This document shows positions 39,786-48,633 of a DNA stretch of 64,000 nucleotides, piece after piece. How positions within the stretch are numbered: the first letter of the stretch is position 1; each line of letters opens with the position of its first letter. The stretch is from Spirochaetia bacterium. GTDB lineage: Bacteria > Spirochaetota > Spirochaetia > UBA9216. A program made the translations under genes and the position numbers. The notes below the pieces were generated by a model, which saw only the letters and a program-made list of their open reading frames with translations, was not told the DNA's origin and made no database searches. The DNA is taken from assembly GCA_963677925.2 (NCBI GenBank), contig CAXXYH010000004.1, positions 352,001-416,000 on the forward strand. The letters run 5' to 3'.

Positions 39786-41137
39786 CAGAGGGCCTCCATC
39801 TTTGCAGGACAGCTTGCCGGAGGAAGCACTTCTGCGAGTTTTTCAGCAGCTTTAAAGATTCTTTCCTCGGAAAAAACAGGCCCCATAAGCTGCATGCCGA
39901 CGGGAAGTCCGTTCTCAACAGATACCGGAACGCTCATAGCCGGGATTCCGGCAAGGTTCGCGGCAACGGTGAACTTGTCGGCAAGCTTCTGCTGAAACTG
40001 GTCAAGGCTCTGATCACCGTGTTTGAAGGCGGCAGTCGGGAAGGCAGGCATCATGACAAGGTCCGCACTATTAAAAACTTCGTCAAACTCGTTTCTGATT
40101 GCAGTTCGAATCTTCTGAGCCTTCGTATAGTACTGATCCTGGAACCCGGAACGCAGAACGTAGGTTCCCATCAGGATTCTAAGCTTAACCTCATCACCGA
40201 AGCCATCATCCCGGGATTTCCGTACAAGGTCTTCAAATGCCTCTACATCGTCGCTTCGGTGACCGTAGCGCACACCGTTGTAGCGTGCGAGGTTGGCGCT
40301 GGCTTCTCCCATTGCTATCGTATAGTAGGCGGCAATTCCGTAGTCGAGCATCGGAAGGCTTACCTTATTTATCGTGTAGCCTATCTTCTCGAAGGCTTCA
40401 ACAGCCTTTTTATATGCCGCTTCAACCTCAGGCTTAAGACCAAGATCCCCGTCGAGAACAGCTATGGTCTTTGATTCATCGGAGGCTGGAACATGGTCAA
40501 CAGAGGTTTGATCCATGGTATCCTTGGCCTTGATTATGTTGAAAACCGTTCTTGCGGTTTCAACGCTGTCCGCAAGTACTCCCACAACTTCCAGTGATGA
40601 GGCATAGGCAACAAGGCCGAAGCGGGAAACAACACCGTAAGTGGGTTTTAGTCCGTATACGCCGCAGAAAGAAGCGGGCTGGCGTATTGATCCGCCTGTA
40701 TCTGAACCAAGCGCAAAGGGAACAAGTCCCGCAGCAACAGCAGCAGCCGAACCGCCGCTTGAACCGCCGCAGACGCATTCGGTGTTCCAGGGGTTGTTTG
40801 ATACGGCAAGTGCCGAATTATCAGTTGAGGATCCCATCCCGAACTCGTCGAGATTAGCCTTTCCCGCTACAACCGCACCTGCATCTTTGAGCTTTTTTAT
40901 TGCTGTTGCATCATAGGGAGAAACAAAATCCTTAAGCATCTTTGATCCGCATGTGAGATGCAGGCCTTCAACGGCAATATTGTCCTTAACGCCGAAAGGA
41001 ACTCCATCCAGGACTCCGCCGGTTTTTCTGGAAGAAAAAGATTCTTCCCTTTCCTCGAACTCCAGAAAACTGGAGAACGGTTTATCATGTTCTTTAACGC
41101 CGGAAATATAGTCTTTCCAGTTTTTTACTGTAGTCAT
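39785..41137 (-). CDS. gatA: Asp/Glu-tRNA amidotransferase subunit A
   Basis: VKDN, DEFGMGS, GGSSGGSAA, SDTGGSIRQP, NLARY. Confidence 0.95.
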   Translation of the reverse strand: MTTVKNWKDYISGVKEHDKPFSSFLEFEEREESFSSRKTGGVLDGVPFGVKDNIAVEGLHLTCGSKMLKDFVSPYDATAIKKLKDAGAVVAGKANLDEFGMGSSTDNSALAVSNNPWNTECVCGGSSGGSAAAVAAGLVPFALGSDTGGSIRQPASFCGVYGLKPTYGVVSRFGLVAYASSLEVVGVLADSVETARTVFNIIKAKDTMDQTSVDHVPASDESKTIAVLDGDLGLKPEVEAAYKKAVEAFEKIGYTINKVSLPMLDYGIAAYYTIAMGEASANLARYNGVRYGHRSDDVEAFEDLVRKSRDDGFGDEVKLRILMGTYVLRSGFQDQYYTKAQKIRTAIRNEFDEVFNSADLVMMPAFPTAAFKHGDQSLDQFQQKLADKFTVAANLAGIPAMSVPVSVENGLPVGMQLMGPVFSEERIFKAAEKLAEVLPPASCPAKMEAL

Positions 41138-41173
41138 ATTATCAACCTTTGTAATATCGGTGGATTATGTAAA

Positions 41174-41470
41174 TTAAAGTACGTTGGGTATAACGATAAA
41201 ATTATTTTCGTGCTCGGGGGCACGGTTAACAAGATCAACGGGATTATAATTATTTACTGCGTTATCATTGCGGAGAGCATTTTCTCTTACGAGTGCGTGA
41301 GTGGTCGGAGGAAGGTCATTGACATCGACTTTGTTCATCAGAGAGAAGTATTCAATCATCTCTGAGACCGCGGTTCGAAGCCGGGTTTCTTCCTCTGCAG
41401 TCAGTTCAAGCTGAGCCTGTTCAGCAGTTATAATTAATTCGTCCTTTTCCATAACTAATGAATTTGACAT
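41174..41470 (-). CDS. gatC: Asp/Glu-tRNA amidotransferase subunit C
   Basis: A.LEL..EE, PTTH, LR.D, AP...F.VIP; directly upstream of gatA (start may be 41452). Confidence 0.88.
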   Translation of the reverse strand: MSNSLVMEKDELIITAEQAQLELTAEEETRLRTAVSEMIEYFSLMNKVDVNDLPPTTHALVRENALRNDNAVNNYNPVDLVNRAPEHENNFIVIPNVL

Positions 41471-41508
41471 AATGGGTTGTCAGTGTCAATATAGCGCGAG
41501 GTGATCTA

Positions 41509-42426
41509 TTGAGCTGGTATGGATTTATTCAAAAATACTTCGGCCTGTTTTTCGGGCTGGGAATACTAATCGGACTGATTTTTTCCTCTGTTTTTGACGG
41601 ATATAAAAACCTCGTTCTGCCGCTGCTTGGAACGGTAATGCTGTTCACCTTTCTGTCTATAGATATCAGGCAGGCACTTTCAAATCTGAAGAGGTTTCAC
41701 AACATTGCAGCGGTGTTCATCATCACCAAGGTTATCCTTCCAATCCTGCTTTATCATCTGGCCAAACCGCTCGGAACCGATATCTCAATAGCCGTATTCA
41801 TGCTGTGCATCACACCCTTCGCCTCAATTTCACCTACACTTACCACTCTGCTTGAAGGAGATACCGAGTTTATCCTGCTTAACCAGATACTGATGACCCT
41901 TCTTGCCCCCTTTTATATGCCGATATTGATTATGCTGGTTCTCGGGGCTGAGATTCAGCTGAATCCTGTACAGATGTTTAAAATACTGACCTTTCTTATT
42001 TTTGTTCCATTCGGGTTGTCGCTGATAATCCGGCCTCTGCTGAAATCTGCAGTGCTTAAGACTAAAAAATACTTCGGGGCGGTAAATATTCTGCTTATCA
42101 TGGCCGTTATCTGCATCCTGCTTGCAACAGCCGCCGGCAGCATCCTTGAAAACCCTCTGCATACCCTGCCTCAGCTTGGCTTAAGTTATCTTCTGGGATT
42201 AATACTGATACTCAGCGGTCTTTTTATCCCCTTCTTTCTTGATCGGAAAAAGCGGATCGGTCTCTCTGTTTCTGTACTATACATGAACGTGGGGCTTACT
42301 GCTGTGGTTGCTTCAGGTTTTTTCAGCCCGGAAGTCCTTCTGTTTATTCTGATTTATGAAATACCGGTTAATACACTTCCTACACTGATGCGGTCAGCTG
42401 CAGAACGCTTCAGAAAAAGAGATTAA
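41509..42426 (+). CDS. Bile acid:sodium symporter (BASS/SBF) family transporter
   Basis: About 10 TM helices, ITPFASISP, T.LAPF.MP, MNVGL. Confidence 0.7.
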   Translation: MSWYGFIQKYFGLFFGLGILIGLIFSSVFDGYKNLVLPLLGTVMLFTFLSIDIRQALSNLKRFHNIAAVFIITKVILPILLYHLAKPLGTDISIAVFMLCITPFASISPTLTTLLEGDTEFILLNQILMTLLAPFYMPILIMLVLGAEIQLNPVQMFKILTFLIFVPFGLSLIIRPLLKSAVLKTKKYFGAVNILLIMAVICILLATAAGSILENPLHTLPQLGLSYLLGLILILSGLFIPFFLDRKKRIGLSVSVLYMNVGLTAVVASGFFSPEVLLFILIYEIPVNTLPTLMRSAAERFRKRD

Positions 42427-43070
42427 AAGAGGGGCTTCTCGTTCTTAGGTGCGCCGATTGAGGAAGGAGCTTCCGCCGGCTTTAAAAGAGTCCGCCGGCC
42501 CTTAAGAGATCGGGAAAGAGTAAGCCTGTCCGCATATTCAAGATCCCCGCCTGCCGGAAGTCCGGATGCAAGCTGGCTGATCCGAAGTCCCGATTTCTTA
42601 AGCAGGTTAACCAGGTACATCGCAGTCGTCTCACCCTCAACAGTCGGATTTGTGGCAATAATCAGCTCTTCCACCTTTCCGCTTTTAAGCCGGTTAAGCA
42701 GGTGTCCGATTGTCAGCTCCTCAGGCCCTATACCGTCTATCGGGGAAATTACTCCCTTAAGAACATGGTAGTAGCCTTTGAAGTCGCCTGTAGCCTCTAT
42801 TGTCGTGATATCTTCCGGCTGCTCAACAATGCAGATCAAACTGTGATCACGGGAGGCATCGCTGCAGATATCACAGGGATCCTCCTCAGTGTAGTTCCCG
42901 CAGATAGAGCAGGTTTTAATGTTTTCCTGAATTCCGCCTATAAGTTCGGCAAGGTTTGATACCCAGCCAGGATCAGCCTTTAGAATATGATAGGCCATCC
43001 TCCGGGCGCTTTTTGAACCTATTCCGGGAAGTTTAGAAAGATTTTTTACAAGCAGATCGAGACTGTTCAA
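42423..43070 (-). CDS. recR: Recombination mediator RecR
   Basis: LPGIGSKSA, C4 zinc finger, YHVLKG, ATNPTVEGETT, DLEYAD. Confidence 0.97.
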   Translation of the reverse strand: MNSLDLLVKNLSKLPGIGSKSARRMAYHILKADPGWVSNLAELIGGIQENIKTCSICGNYTEEDPCDICSDASRDHSLICIVEQPEDITTIEATGDFKGYYHVLKGVISPIDGIGPEELTIGHLLNRLKSGKVEELIIATNPTVEGETTAMYLVNLLKKSGLRISQLASGLPAGGDLEYADRLTLSRSLKGRRTLLKPAEAPSSIGAPKNEKPLF

Positions 43071-43085
43071 TTTCCGCCTTCTGTC

Positions 43086-43403
43086 TTAAAACCCCATCAT
43101 TTCCGGGGGAAGGTTCAGTTCGGAAGCAATGCTGGAAGCTTCCTGCTGTATTTTTTCCTTTATCTTGTTAGAAGCATCGGTAAATGCGGACAGAACAAGA
43201 TCTTCAAGCAGTCCTATATCACTCGGATCAACCGCCTCGGGAGCTATCTTTACATCAAGCACCGAATACTGTCCGGTAAGGGTAATCTCAACCATCCCGC
43301 CGCCCGAAGAACCGGTTGCGGTTACATTATTGAGTTTTCCCTGCATATCCTGCATCTTGCTCTGCATTCCCTGCAGATTTTTTATCATATCCATCGGATT
43401 CAT
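43086..43403 (-). CDS. ybaB: YbaB/EbfC nucleoid-associated protein
   Basis: GSSGGGMV, VDP.D..LLEDL; between dnaX and recR. Confidence 0.93.
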   Translation of the reverse strand: MNPMDMIKNLQGMQSKMQDMQGKLNNVTATGSSGGGMVEITLTGQYSVLDVKIAPEAVDPSDIGLLEDLVLSAFTDASNKIKEKIQQEASSIASELNLPPEMMGF

Positions 43404-45401
43404 TTATTCACCACCCTGAATGACCTGGCCGCGGAAAACCTTTTTTACAGCATCAACATGTTCCTGATGATCCTGGCCGCTTTCCTCGTCGCGGTTGATC
43501 TTTAATACTTCAACCTCGATCTGGTATGACCTGCCGGTCTGTTCATTAATTATTTCGTTTATAACCTGTCTATCGTTCTTTACGACTGAGGCTGTATATC
43601 CGTTTTCAAAACTCAAACAGAGCTTTCCGCCGTTAACGGTCCATCTCACCGACTGCTCTACCGCAGCGGCAAGTGTCAGCTTGCGCTTCCTGATACCTTC
43701 AAGAATGCGGCTCTTCTCATCCGAGCTGAATCCCCCGCCGCTTCCGGCCACTGTTGACTGAACAGCAGCTGATGTCGGTTCCGGTGAGGCATAAGCCGGA
43801 GCTGTCTGTGACGGAGCTGCGGGCATTGACGTTGGAGCCGCAGGGGCTGCTGCCTGAGCAGGAGGTTCAGAAACAGGCGGATCATCCACAAATCTTTCGT
43901 AGTAATCCTCATCCTCTTCATCATCGTCATAATCATCCGGATCAAAGGCGCCGCTTACAGCCGGCTTCTGTACCGGAGGCGCCTGCTGTTGCGCTGCGGG
44001 CTGCTGAGACTCTGCCGGAGCCTGTCCAAACGGCTGAGACTGGGGTTCAGGCCGTCCAAGCTGAACGGAAGGAGCATCATCCTTAACCAGAGGCGCATTC
44101 TGCTGTACCTGAGGCTGCACCGGCTGTACGGGTGCCGAAGGAGCTGCAGCAGCTGCCGGAGCAACCGTTTTTTCAACCTGAACCTGTGCCTGTACAGGAA
44201 CCGAAGGCTGAGTTTCAGTCTGAATCGCAGATTCAGAAACAGGGACTGCTTTTGCACCTGAAATTGCACGGCCTTTCAAGGCTTCAAGTCTGTCATATAT
44301 TTCTGCCGGAGAAATCCATGTACTTATATCTGAAAGAAGACTCAGAAGAAGCTCCAGCTCAAAGCGTTCATTAAGCGAATAGCGGACATCTCTGTAAAAC
44401 TTAAAAATTAGCTCAAGAGCCTTTTCAAGCTGGGGGCGTGAAAAAGTTCTTACCGCCGTATCGGAATATCTTGCCTTTGCATAGCCCAGCAGAGCCTCGC
44501 TGTCCGCACCGCTTTTGATAAAAAGCAGGCTTCTAAAGTATTCGGCAAGGTCTACAGCAAACTGCTCTACCGAAACTCCGCCGGCAATAATCTCCGAACA
44601 GAGTCTTATTACTTCCGCGGCATTCCTGCCGGCCATGGCATCGGCAATTGTATTCATGCTGTCCAGGCCGACCAGGCCCAGTTTCTCGCGTATTATTTCA
44701 AGGTTGATATTTCCATCTGAAAAGGCAACAACCTGATCAAAAAGCGTATAAGCATCACGCATAGAACCGGTAGCTTCCTTAGCTATCCAGAAAAGAGCGT
44801 CATCCTCCGCAGCGACATTCATTTCACGGCAGGCATCGGAAAGGCTGTTTTTAATCCTCTCCAGCCCAATCAGCCTGAAATTAAACTGCTGACAGCGCGA
44901 ACGGATTGTAGCCGGAACCTTGTGAATCTCGGTTGTTGCAAAGATAAAAATAATATATGGAGGCGGTTCTTCGATGGTTTTCAGAAGCGCGTTGAATGCA
45001 CTGTTTGAAAGCATGTGAACCTCATCGATAATATACACCTTGTAACGGCAGGAATTGGGCGCGAAAAGCACCTCGTCCTTGATTTCACGAATATCGTTTA
45101 CCGAAGTATTTGATGCTCCGTCAATCTCAATCACATCAAGGGCATTTCCCTTTGCTATCTCGGTACAGTTGCTGCAGACTCCGCAGGGTTCGGGCGTCGG
45201 ACCGTTTTCACAGTTGACCGCCTTGGCAAGAATTCTTGCTGCGGATGTTTTTCCGACGCCGCGTGGGCCTGAAAAAAGATAGGCGTGGGCAATCCTACCA
45301 GCCTTAATAGAGTTCTTAATAGTTGAAACTACAAATTCCTGTCCGACCAGCTCTTCAAAGCCGGACGGACGACGTCTTGATGCGGTTACTTCATATGCCA
45401 T
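43404..45401 (-). CDS. dnaX: DNA polymerase III subunit gamma/tau
   Basis: GPRGVGKT, zinc motif, IDEVHML, SRC, GSMRD; long Pro/Ala/Gln and acidic linker. Confidence 0.96.
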   Translation of the reverse strand: MAYEVTASRRRPSGFEELVGQEFVVSTIKNSIKAGRIAHAYLFSGPRGVGKTSAARILAKAVNCENGPTPEPCGVCSNCTEIAKGNALDVIEIDGASNTSVNDIREIKDEVLFAPNSCRYKVYIIDEVHMLSNSAFNALLKTIEEPPPYIIFIFATTEIHKVPATIRSRCQQFNFRLIGLERIKNSLSDACREMNVAAEDDALFWIAKEATGSMRDAYTLFDQVVAFSDGNINLEIIREKLGLVGLDSMNTIADAMAGRNAAEVIRLCSEIIAGGVSVEQFAVDLAEYFRSLLFIKSGADSEALLGYAKARYSDTAVRTFSRPQLEKALELIFKFYRDVRYSLNERFELELLLSLLSDISTWISPAEIYDRLEALKGRAISGAKAVPVSESAIQTETQPSVPVQAQVQVEKTVAPAAAAAPSAPVQPVQPQVQQNAPLVKDDAPSVQLGRPEPQSQPFGQAPAESQQPAAQQQAPPVQKPAVSGAFDPDDYDDDEEDEDYYERFVDDPPVSEPPAQAAAPAAPTSMPAAPSQTAPAYASPEPTSAAVQSTVAGSGGGFSSDEKSRILEGIRKRKLTLAAAVEQSVRWTVNGGKLCLSFENGYTASVVKNDRQVINEIINEQTGRSYQIEVEVLKINRDEESGQDHQEHVDAVKKVFRGQVIQGGE

Positions 45402-45473
45402 ACGCGAAAATTGTATATGATAATCGGGCCGTTATCAAGCTCGGAGTTGATCAGGATTCGGGCGTATCTGTGT

Positions 45474-46424
45474 TTATGCGGGTTTTACTGGAATACAGAT
45501 ATCGAATACATGCTTCCCTTCAGGGTGTTGTTTCGGATCATTTTTTGAGAGTTCGTAGCTCAGACCGTCAGCAGCCTCATATCCGCTGTCCGGCAGCCAG
45601 TCAGCACAAACCCAGTTCCAGGCATCACCATACTGATCAACATCAACCTCAAACTCTACCATTGCATACTTTCCGGCAGGCATGAGCATTTTACCAACAT
45701 CACCGCTAACCTCCGTGTCAGGTGGCACAGTCAGACAGACGCTGGTCCGCAGCTTTGTCTCATCAGTCAGGTTAGGATCATCATGATATACGCTCATCAG
45801 CTTTGTATCCGGAAAATTAAGCAGATCCCTCGCTCCTGCCCATTTGAAAAGCTTTTCATACAGGCCGGCAAATAATGCCTCATCCCCGGCATAGGGCCCG
45901 ATATAACGCACATAGGCTACCGTCATATCCTCAACATTTTCTACTCTGACATTTCTGCCTTCTACTTTCATTCGGTTCCTCCGTTCATCAATAATCTTAT
46001 GATCAAGATGATACGGCTTTGAACCGGCCTCAGCTTCACAATTCTTGCCCTTCATTTGCTCAATCTTGCTGTCCGCTTTGCAATCCTTGCTGAGAAGGCT
46101 TAAACGCCAGTCTGTTGCAGACTGATCATAATGTTCACGAAAGCTTCTGGCAAAAACAGATGATGAGCTGAATCCGCAGTCCAGTGCAATTTCAGTAATA
46201 TTCTTCTCTGTGCCGGCAAGCATACGGGCGGCTTTTTCCAGCCTGAGTCGTTTGATGAAAACATTCAGCGGCTCTCCCATAAAGGCTGTGAATATCCTGT
46301 GGAAATGATAGGGTGAAAACAAAGCGACAGCCGCCAGTCGATCGAGGTTCAGCTCCTCATCGAGGTGTGAATCTATATAGTCTATTACTCTGTTTATGCG
46401 CTGTATGTAATCCTTACTGCTCAC
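45474..46424 (-). CDS. AraC-family regulator with C-terminal GyrI-like ligand-binding domain
   Basis: FSPYHFHRIF, RLRLEKAA, IALDCGFSSSSVFARSF; C-terminal YIGPY, HDDP, GKYA, WLPDSGY, DICIPV. Confidence 0.93.
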   Translation of the reverse strand: MSSKDYIQRINRVIDYIDSHLDEELNLDRLAAVALFSPYHFHRIFTAFMGEPLNVFIKRLRLEKAARMLAGTEKNITEIALDCGFSSSSVFARSFREHYDQSATDWRLSLLSKDCKADSKIEQMKGKNCEAEAGSKPYHLDHKIIDERRNRMKVEGRNVRVENVEDMTVAYVRYIGPYAGDEALFAGLYEKLFKWAGARDLLNFPDTKLMSVYHDDPNLTDETKLRTSVCLTVPPDTEVSGDVGKMLMPAGKYAMVEFEVDVDQYGDAWNWVCADWLPDSGYEAADGLSYELSKNDPKQHPEGKHVFDICIPVKPA

Positions 46425-46815
46425 AGCACTCCAGCCACTTTTTCACTTTTTCCCTGAACTCACCGATTAGGAGATCAAAATCGGGCTCATTGATTCCCGC
46501 CCATCGGAACTCCACATGTTCATCAGAGAGTTTTATATCGAAATCCTTTGTACTGCATTTGTAAATAATTCCGGTGATGTGCCAGTTATCAAGAAAGGCG
46601 TTCCAGGTATCAACTATAACTTCCGGGATAATTTTCATTCCGGTTTCTTCGAAAACTTCCCTGGTTACTGCCTGCTCGGCAGTCTCTCCGAATTCAATAT
46701 GTCCACCCGGTAATTCCCAGACCGTGTTCCGATCAGTATTACGACGAAGAATCAGAACACGGCCGTCAGGATCCTGAATTAATGCCTTAATTGAAAAAGT
46801 TATTCTCCTTCCCAA
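46414..46815 (-). CDS. NUDIX hydrolase
   Basis: Nudix box PGGHIEFGETAEQAVTREVFEETG; LSDEH. Confidence 0.9.
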   Translation of the reverse strand: MGRRITFSIKALIQDPDGRVLILRRNTDRNTVWELPGGHIEFGETAEQAVTREVFEETGMKIIPEVIVDTWNAFLDNWHITGIIYKCSTKDFDIKLSDEHVEFRWAGINEPDFDLLIGEFREKVKKWLECCEQ

Positions 46816-46886
46816 AACGTTTTTCTCCTGATTTTTTCTGGTTAATCAGTGTATCAGCAGTTTCAGGATTTGAAAACTTTTATTGA

Positions 46887-47582
46887 TTAGAAAGCAAAGC
46901 TTCCCCCTATACCGCAGGCTATGCCTCGCATCATAAGATAGGTATTAGTTGACTCAATCGTTTTAGCAGCGGTAAGCCCCGTTGAGGGTCCAGTAAGATA
47001 GGATGCAGTCAATGTTAGCGGATTATAAATATCCCTGTACTCAGCAAACAGATTAACAGTTACCTGTTTGATCTTAATACCCAGAGATCCGCCGGCAAGC
47101 CATCCGTAACCGAAGGGTGCACTTGCTGAAAACTCAGTAAATCCGGCATATTCATCTGCCGCAGCAACATCGTCCGCCGCCCAGCCTTCAAGCGGAGTTA
47201 ACGTCGCATTCCAGCTCCCGGCGCCTCCTCCGAATGCCTTTATAACCACCGGCCCCATTTCAAACTTCAGCTGTAGTTTGATGTAGGCAAGGAAGTTATC
47301 AGCTATAAACCATGGCTTTGAAGGCGATACCGCATTCCCGTCCACTGATGCACCCTCAACCATATAACCGTGAAATTTACAGTAATCAAAGCCGACAGGA
47401 ATCTCAAGAAACTTACCAAGCCCGAGTGAAGTGCTTAGGCCGGATGTCAATGCGACAGCTCCATCATCATAAAGATATAGGCTTTCAGGCACAAATACTG
47501 AAATCTTTGTACCTGCTTCCTCAGCAAAAACAGCACTTCCTAGAATCAAAACTGTGCAAATTAAAACAGCAATTTTTTTCAT
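46887..47582 (-). CDS. Secreted hypothetical protein, possible OM beta-barrel
   Basis: Signal peptide ending AVFA, AGGAG RBS, C-terminal Phe. Confidence 0.65.
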   Translation of the reverse strand: MKKIAVLICTVLILGSAVFAEEAGTKISVFVPESLYLYDDGAVALTSGLSTSLGLGKFLEIPVGFDYCKFHGYMVEGASVDGNAVSPSKPWFIADNFLAYIKLQLKFEMGPVVIKAFGGGAGSWNATLTPLEGWAADDVAAADEYAGFTEFSASAPFGYGWLAGGSLGIKIKQVTVNLFAEYRDIYNPLTLTASYLTGPSTGLTAAKTIESTNTYLMMRGIACGIGGSFAF

Positions 47583-47657
47583 ATAATTTCTCCTACAGTA
47601 ACCTAAGTATAGTTAACCATAAGAGCAAAGCAAGCAGTTTCAACGTAATTAGAAACC

Positions 47658-47700
47658 TGTGGATAACATGTGGATAAATTATGGAAAAGCATGTGAATAA
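47658..47700. promoter_or_regulatory. Cluster of tandem DnaA boxes
   Basis: TGTGGATAA at 47658 and 47669 (perfect), TATGGAAAA at 47680, TGTGAATAA at 47692. Confidence 0.75.
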
Positions 47701-47780
47701 AATTATAAAAAACATAGACCCGAAGCCTCGAGTCTTCGAGCGAGCTGAGAGATATCTGTTATATACCTGGTAAATAAAAA

Positions 47781-47882
47781 CGCCGCCAAGCTTACTGCGG
47801 CTCAGTAAAACACCACTGACCGCTGCTTCCTTCCGGACCTGACGGGGTTGGGTAGTGCGTACTAGCACAGGGCCTGACGGCG
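47781..47882 (-). ncRNA. ffs: Signal recognition particle RNA (small bacterial SRP)
   Basis: Helix-8 motif GTCAGGTCCGGAAGGAAGCAGC; closing stem cgccgtc/ggcggcg followed by a U tract. Confidence 0.95.
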
Positions 47883-47888
47883 AATAAA

Positions 47889-47973
47889 CGGAGAGAGGGG
47901 GATTCGAACCCCCGGTACCTTTCGATACACACGCTTTCCAAGCGTGCGCCTTCGACCGCTCGGCCATCTCTCC
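47889..47973 (-). tRNA. tRNA-Ser(GGA)
   Basis: GGAGAGA acceptor, cacgc-TT-GGA-AA-gcgtg, long variable arm, GGTTCGAATCC; CCA not encoded. Confidence 0.95.
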
Positions 47974-48010
47974 AGATATGAAATAATGATGTTTCTCCGA
48001 CTCTTAGCTT

Positions 48011-48098
48011 CGGAGAGAGAGGGATTCGAACCCTCGGTACAGACGAGCTGTACAACGGCTTTCGAGGCCGCCCGATTCAACCACTCTCGCATCTCTCC
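48011..48098 (-). tRNA. tRNA-Ser(CGA)
   Basis: gcggc-CT-CGA-AA-gccgt, long variable arm, T-loop. Confidence 0.95.
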
Positions 48099-48213
48099 CA
48101 GATGACTGCAAAAAAATTCTACATATCACTGTGGTTGAGTTTTTTAGGAAAACCATGTTTTCATAAAAAATCTCAAAAAACAAAATTATTCCGTCAGGAA
48201 TAATTTTGTTTAG

Positions 48214-48287
48214 TATACCCAAGAGGACTCGAACCTCCGACCTTTAGGTCCGCAACCTAACGCTCTATCCAGCTGAGCTATGGGTAC
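48214..48287 (-). tRNA. tRNA-Arg(GCG)
   Basis: GTACCCA acceptor, GCTCAGCTGGATAGAGC D-arm, ttagg-TT-GCG-GA-cctaa, GGTTCGAGTCC. Confidence 0.93.
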
Positions 48288-48406
48288 AAGGGAATAAGAA
48301 ATCTGAGATTTCTTATTTTGAAAAATCTTTGATTTTTCATTTTTAGTATTCAATAAAAAAGAATACTTCAAGGTTTATATTATACTGTGTTTACAGTAAA
48401 AAAAAT

Positions 48407-48493
48407 CGGAGAGGGAGGGATTCGAACCCTCGGTACCGTTACCAGCACAACTCCTTAGCAGGGAGCCCGATTCAACCACTCTCGCACCTCTCC
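48407..48493 (-). tRNA. tRNA-Ser(GCT)
   Basis: gctcc-CT-GCT-AA-ggagt, long variable arm. Confidence 0.95.
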
Positions 48494-48522
48494 GAATGAA
48501 ACCAGCCCTTACGGGCAAAATA

Positions 48523-48607
48523 CGGAGAAGGTGGGATTCGAACCCACGGAACCTTGCGGCTCAACGGTTTTCAAGACCGCCTCCTTCGACCACTCGGACA
48601 CCTCTCC
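48523..48607 (-). tRNA. tRNA-Ser(TGA)
   Basis: gcggt-CT-TGA-AA-accgt, long variable arm. Confidence 0.95.
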
Positions 48608-48633
48608 ATATTACAATAATTGTCGTGGGGTCT

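Noticed and set aside
44165-44175. A6 run in dnaX as a programmed -1 frameshift site
   Set aside because: Reads GAA AAA ACG rather than A AAA AAG, and no clear stimulatory SD or hairpin was seen.
47593-48222. ORFs 47593-47967, 47792-48055, 47862-48092 and 48004-48222
   Set aside because: They overlap tRNA and SRP genes and are translation artefacts.
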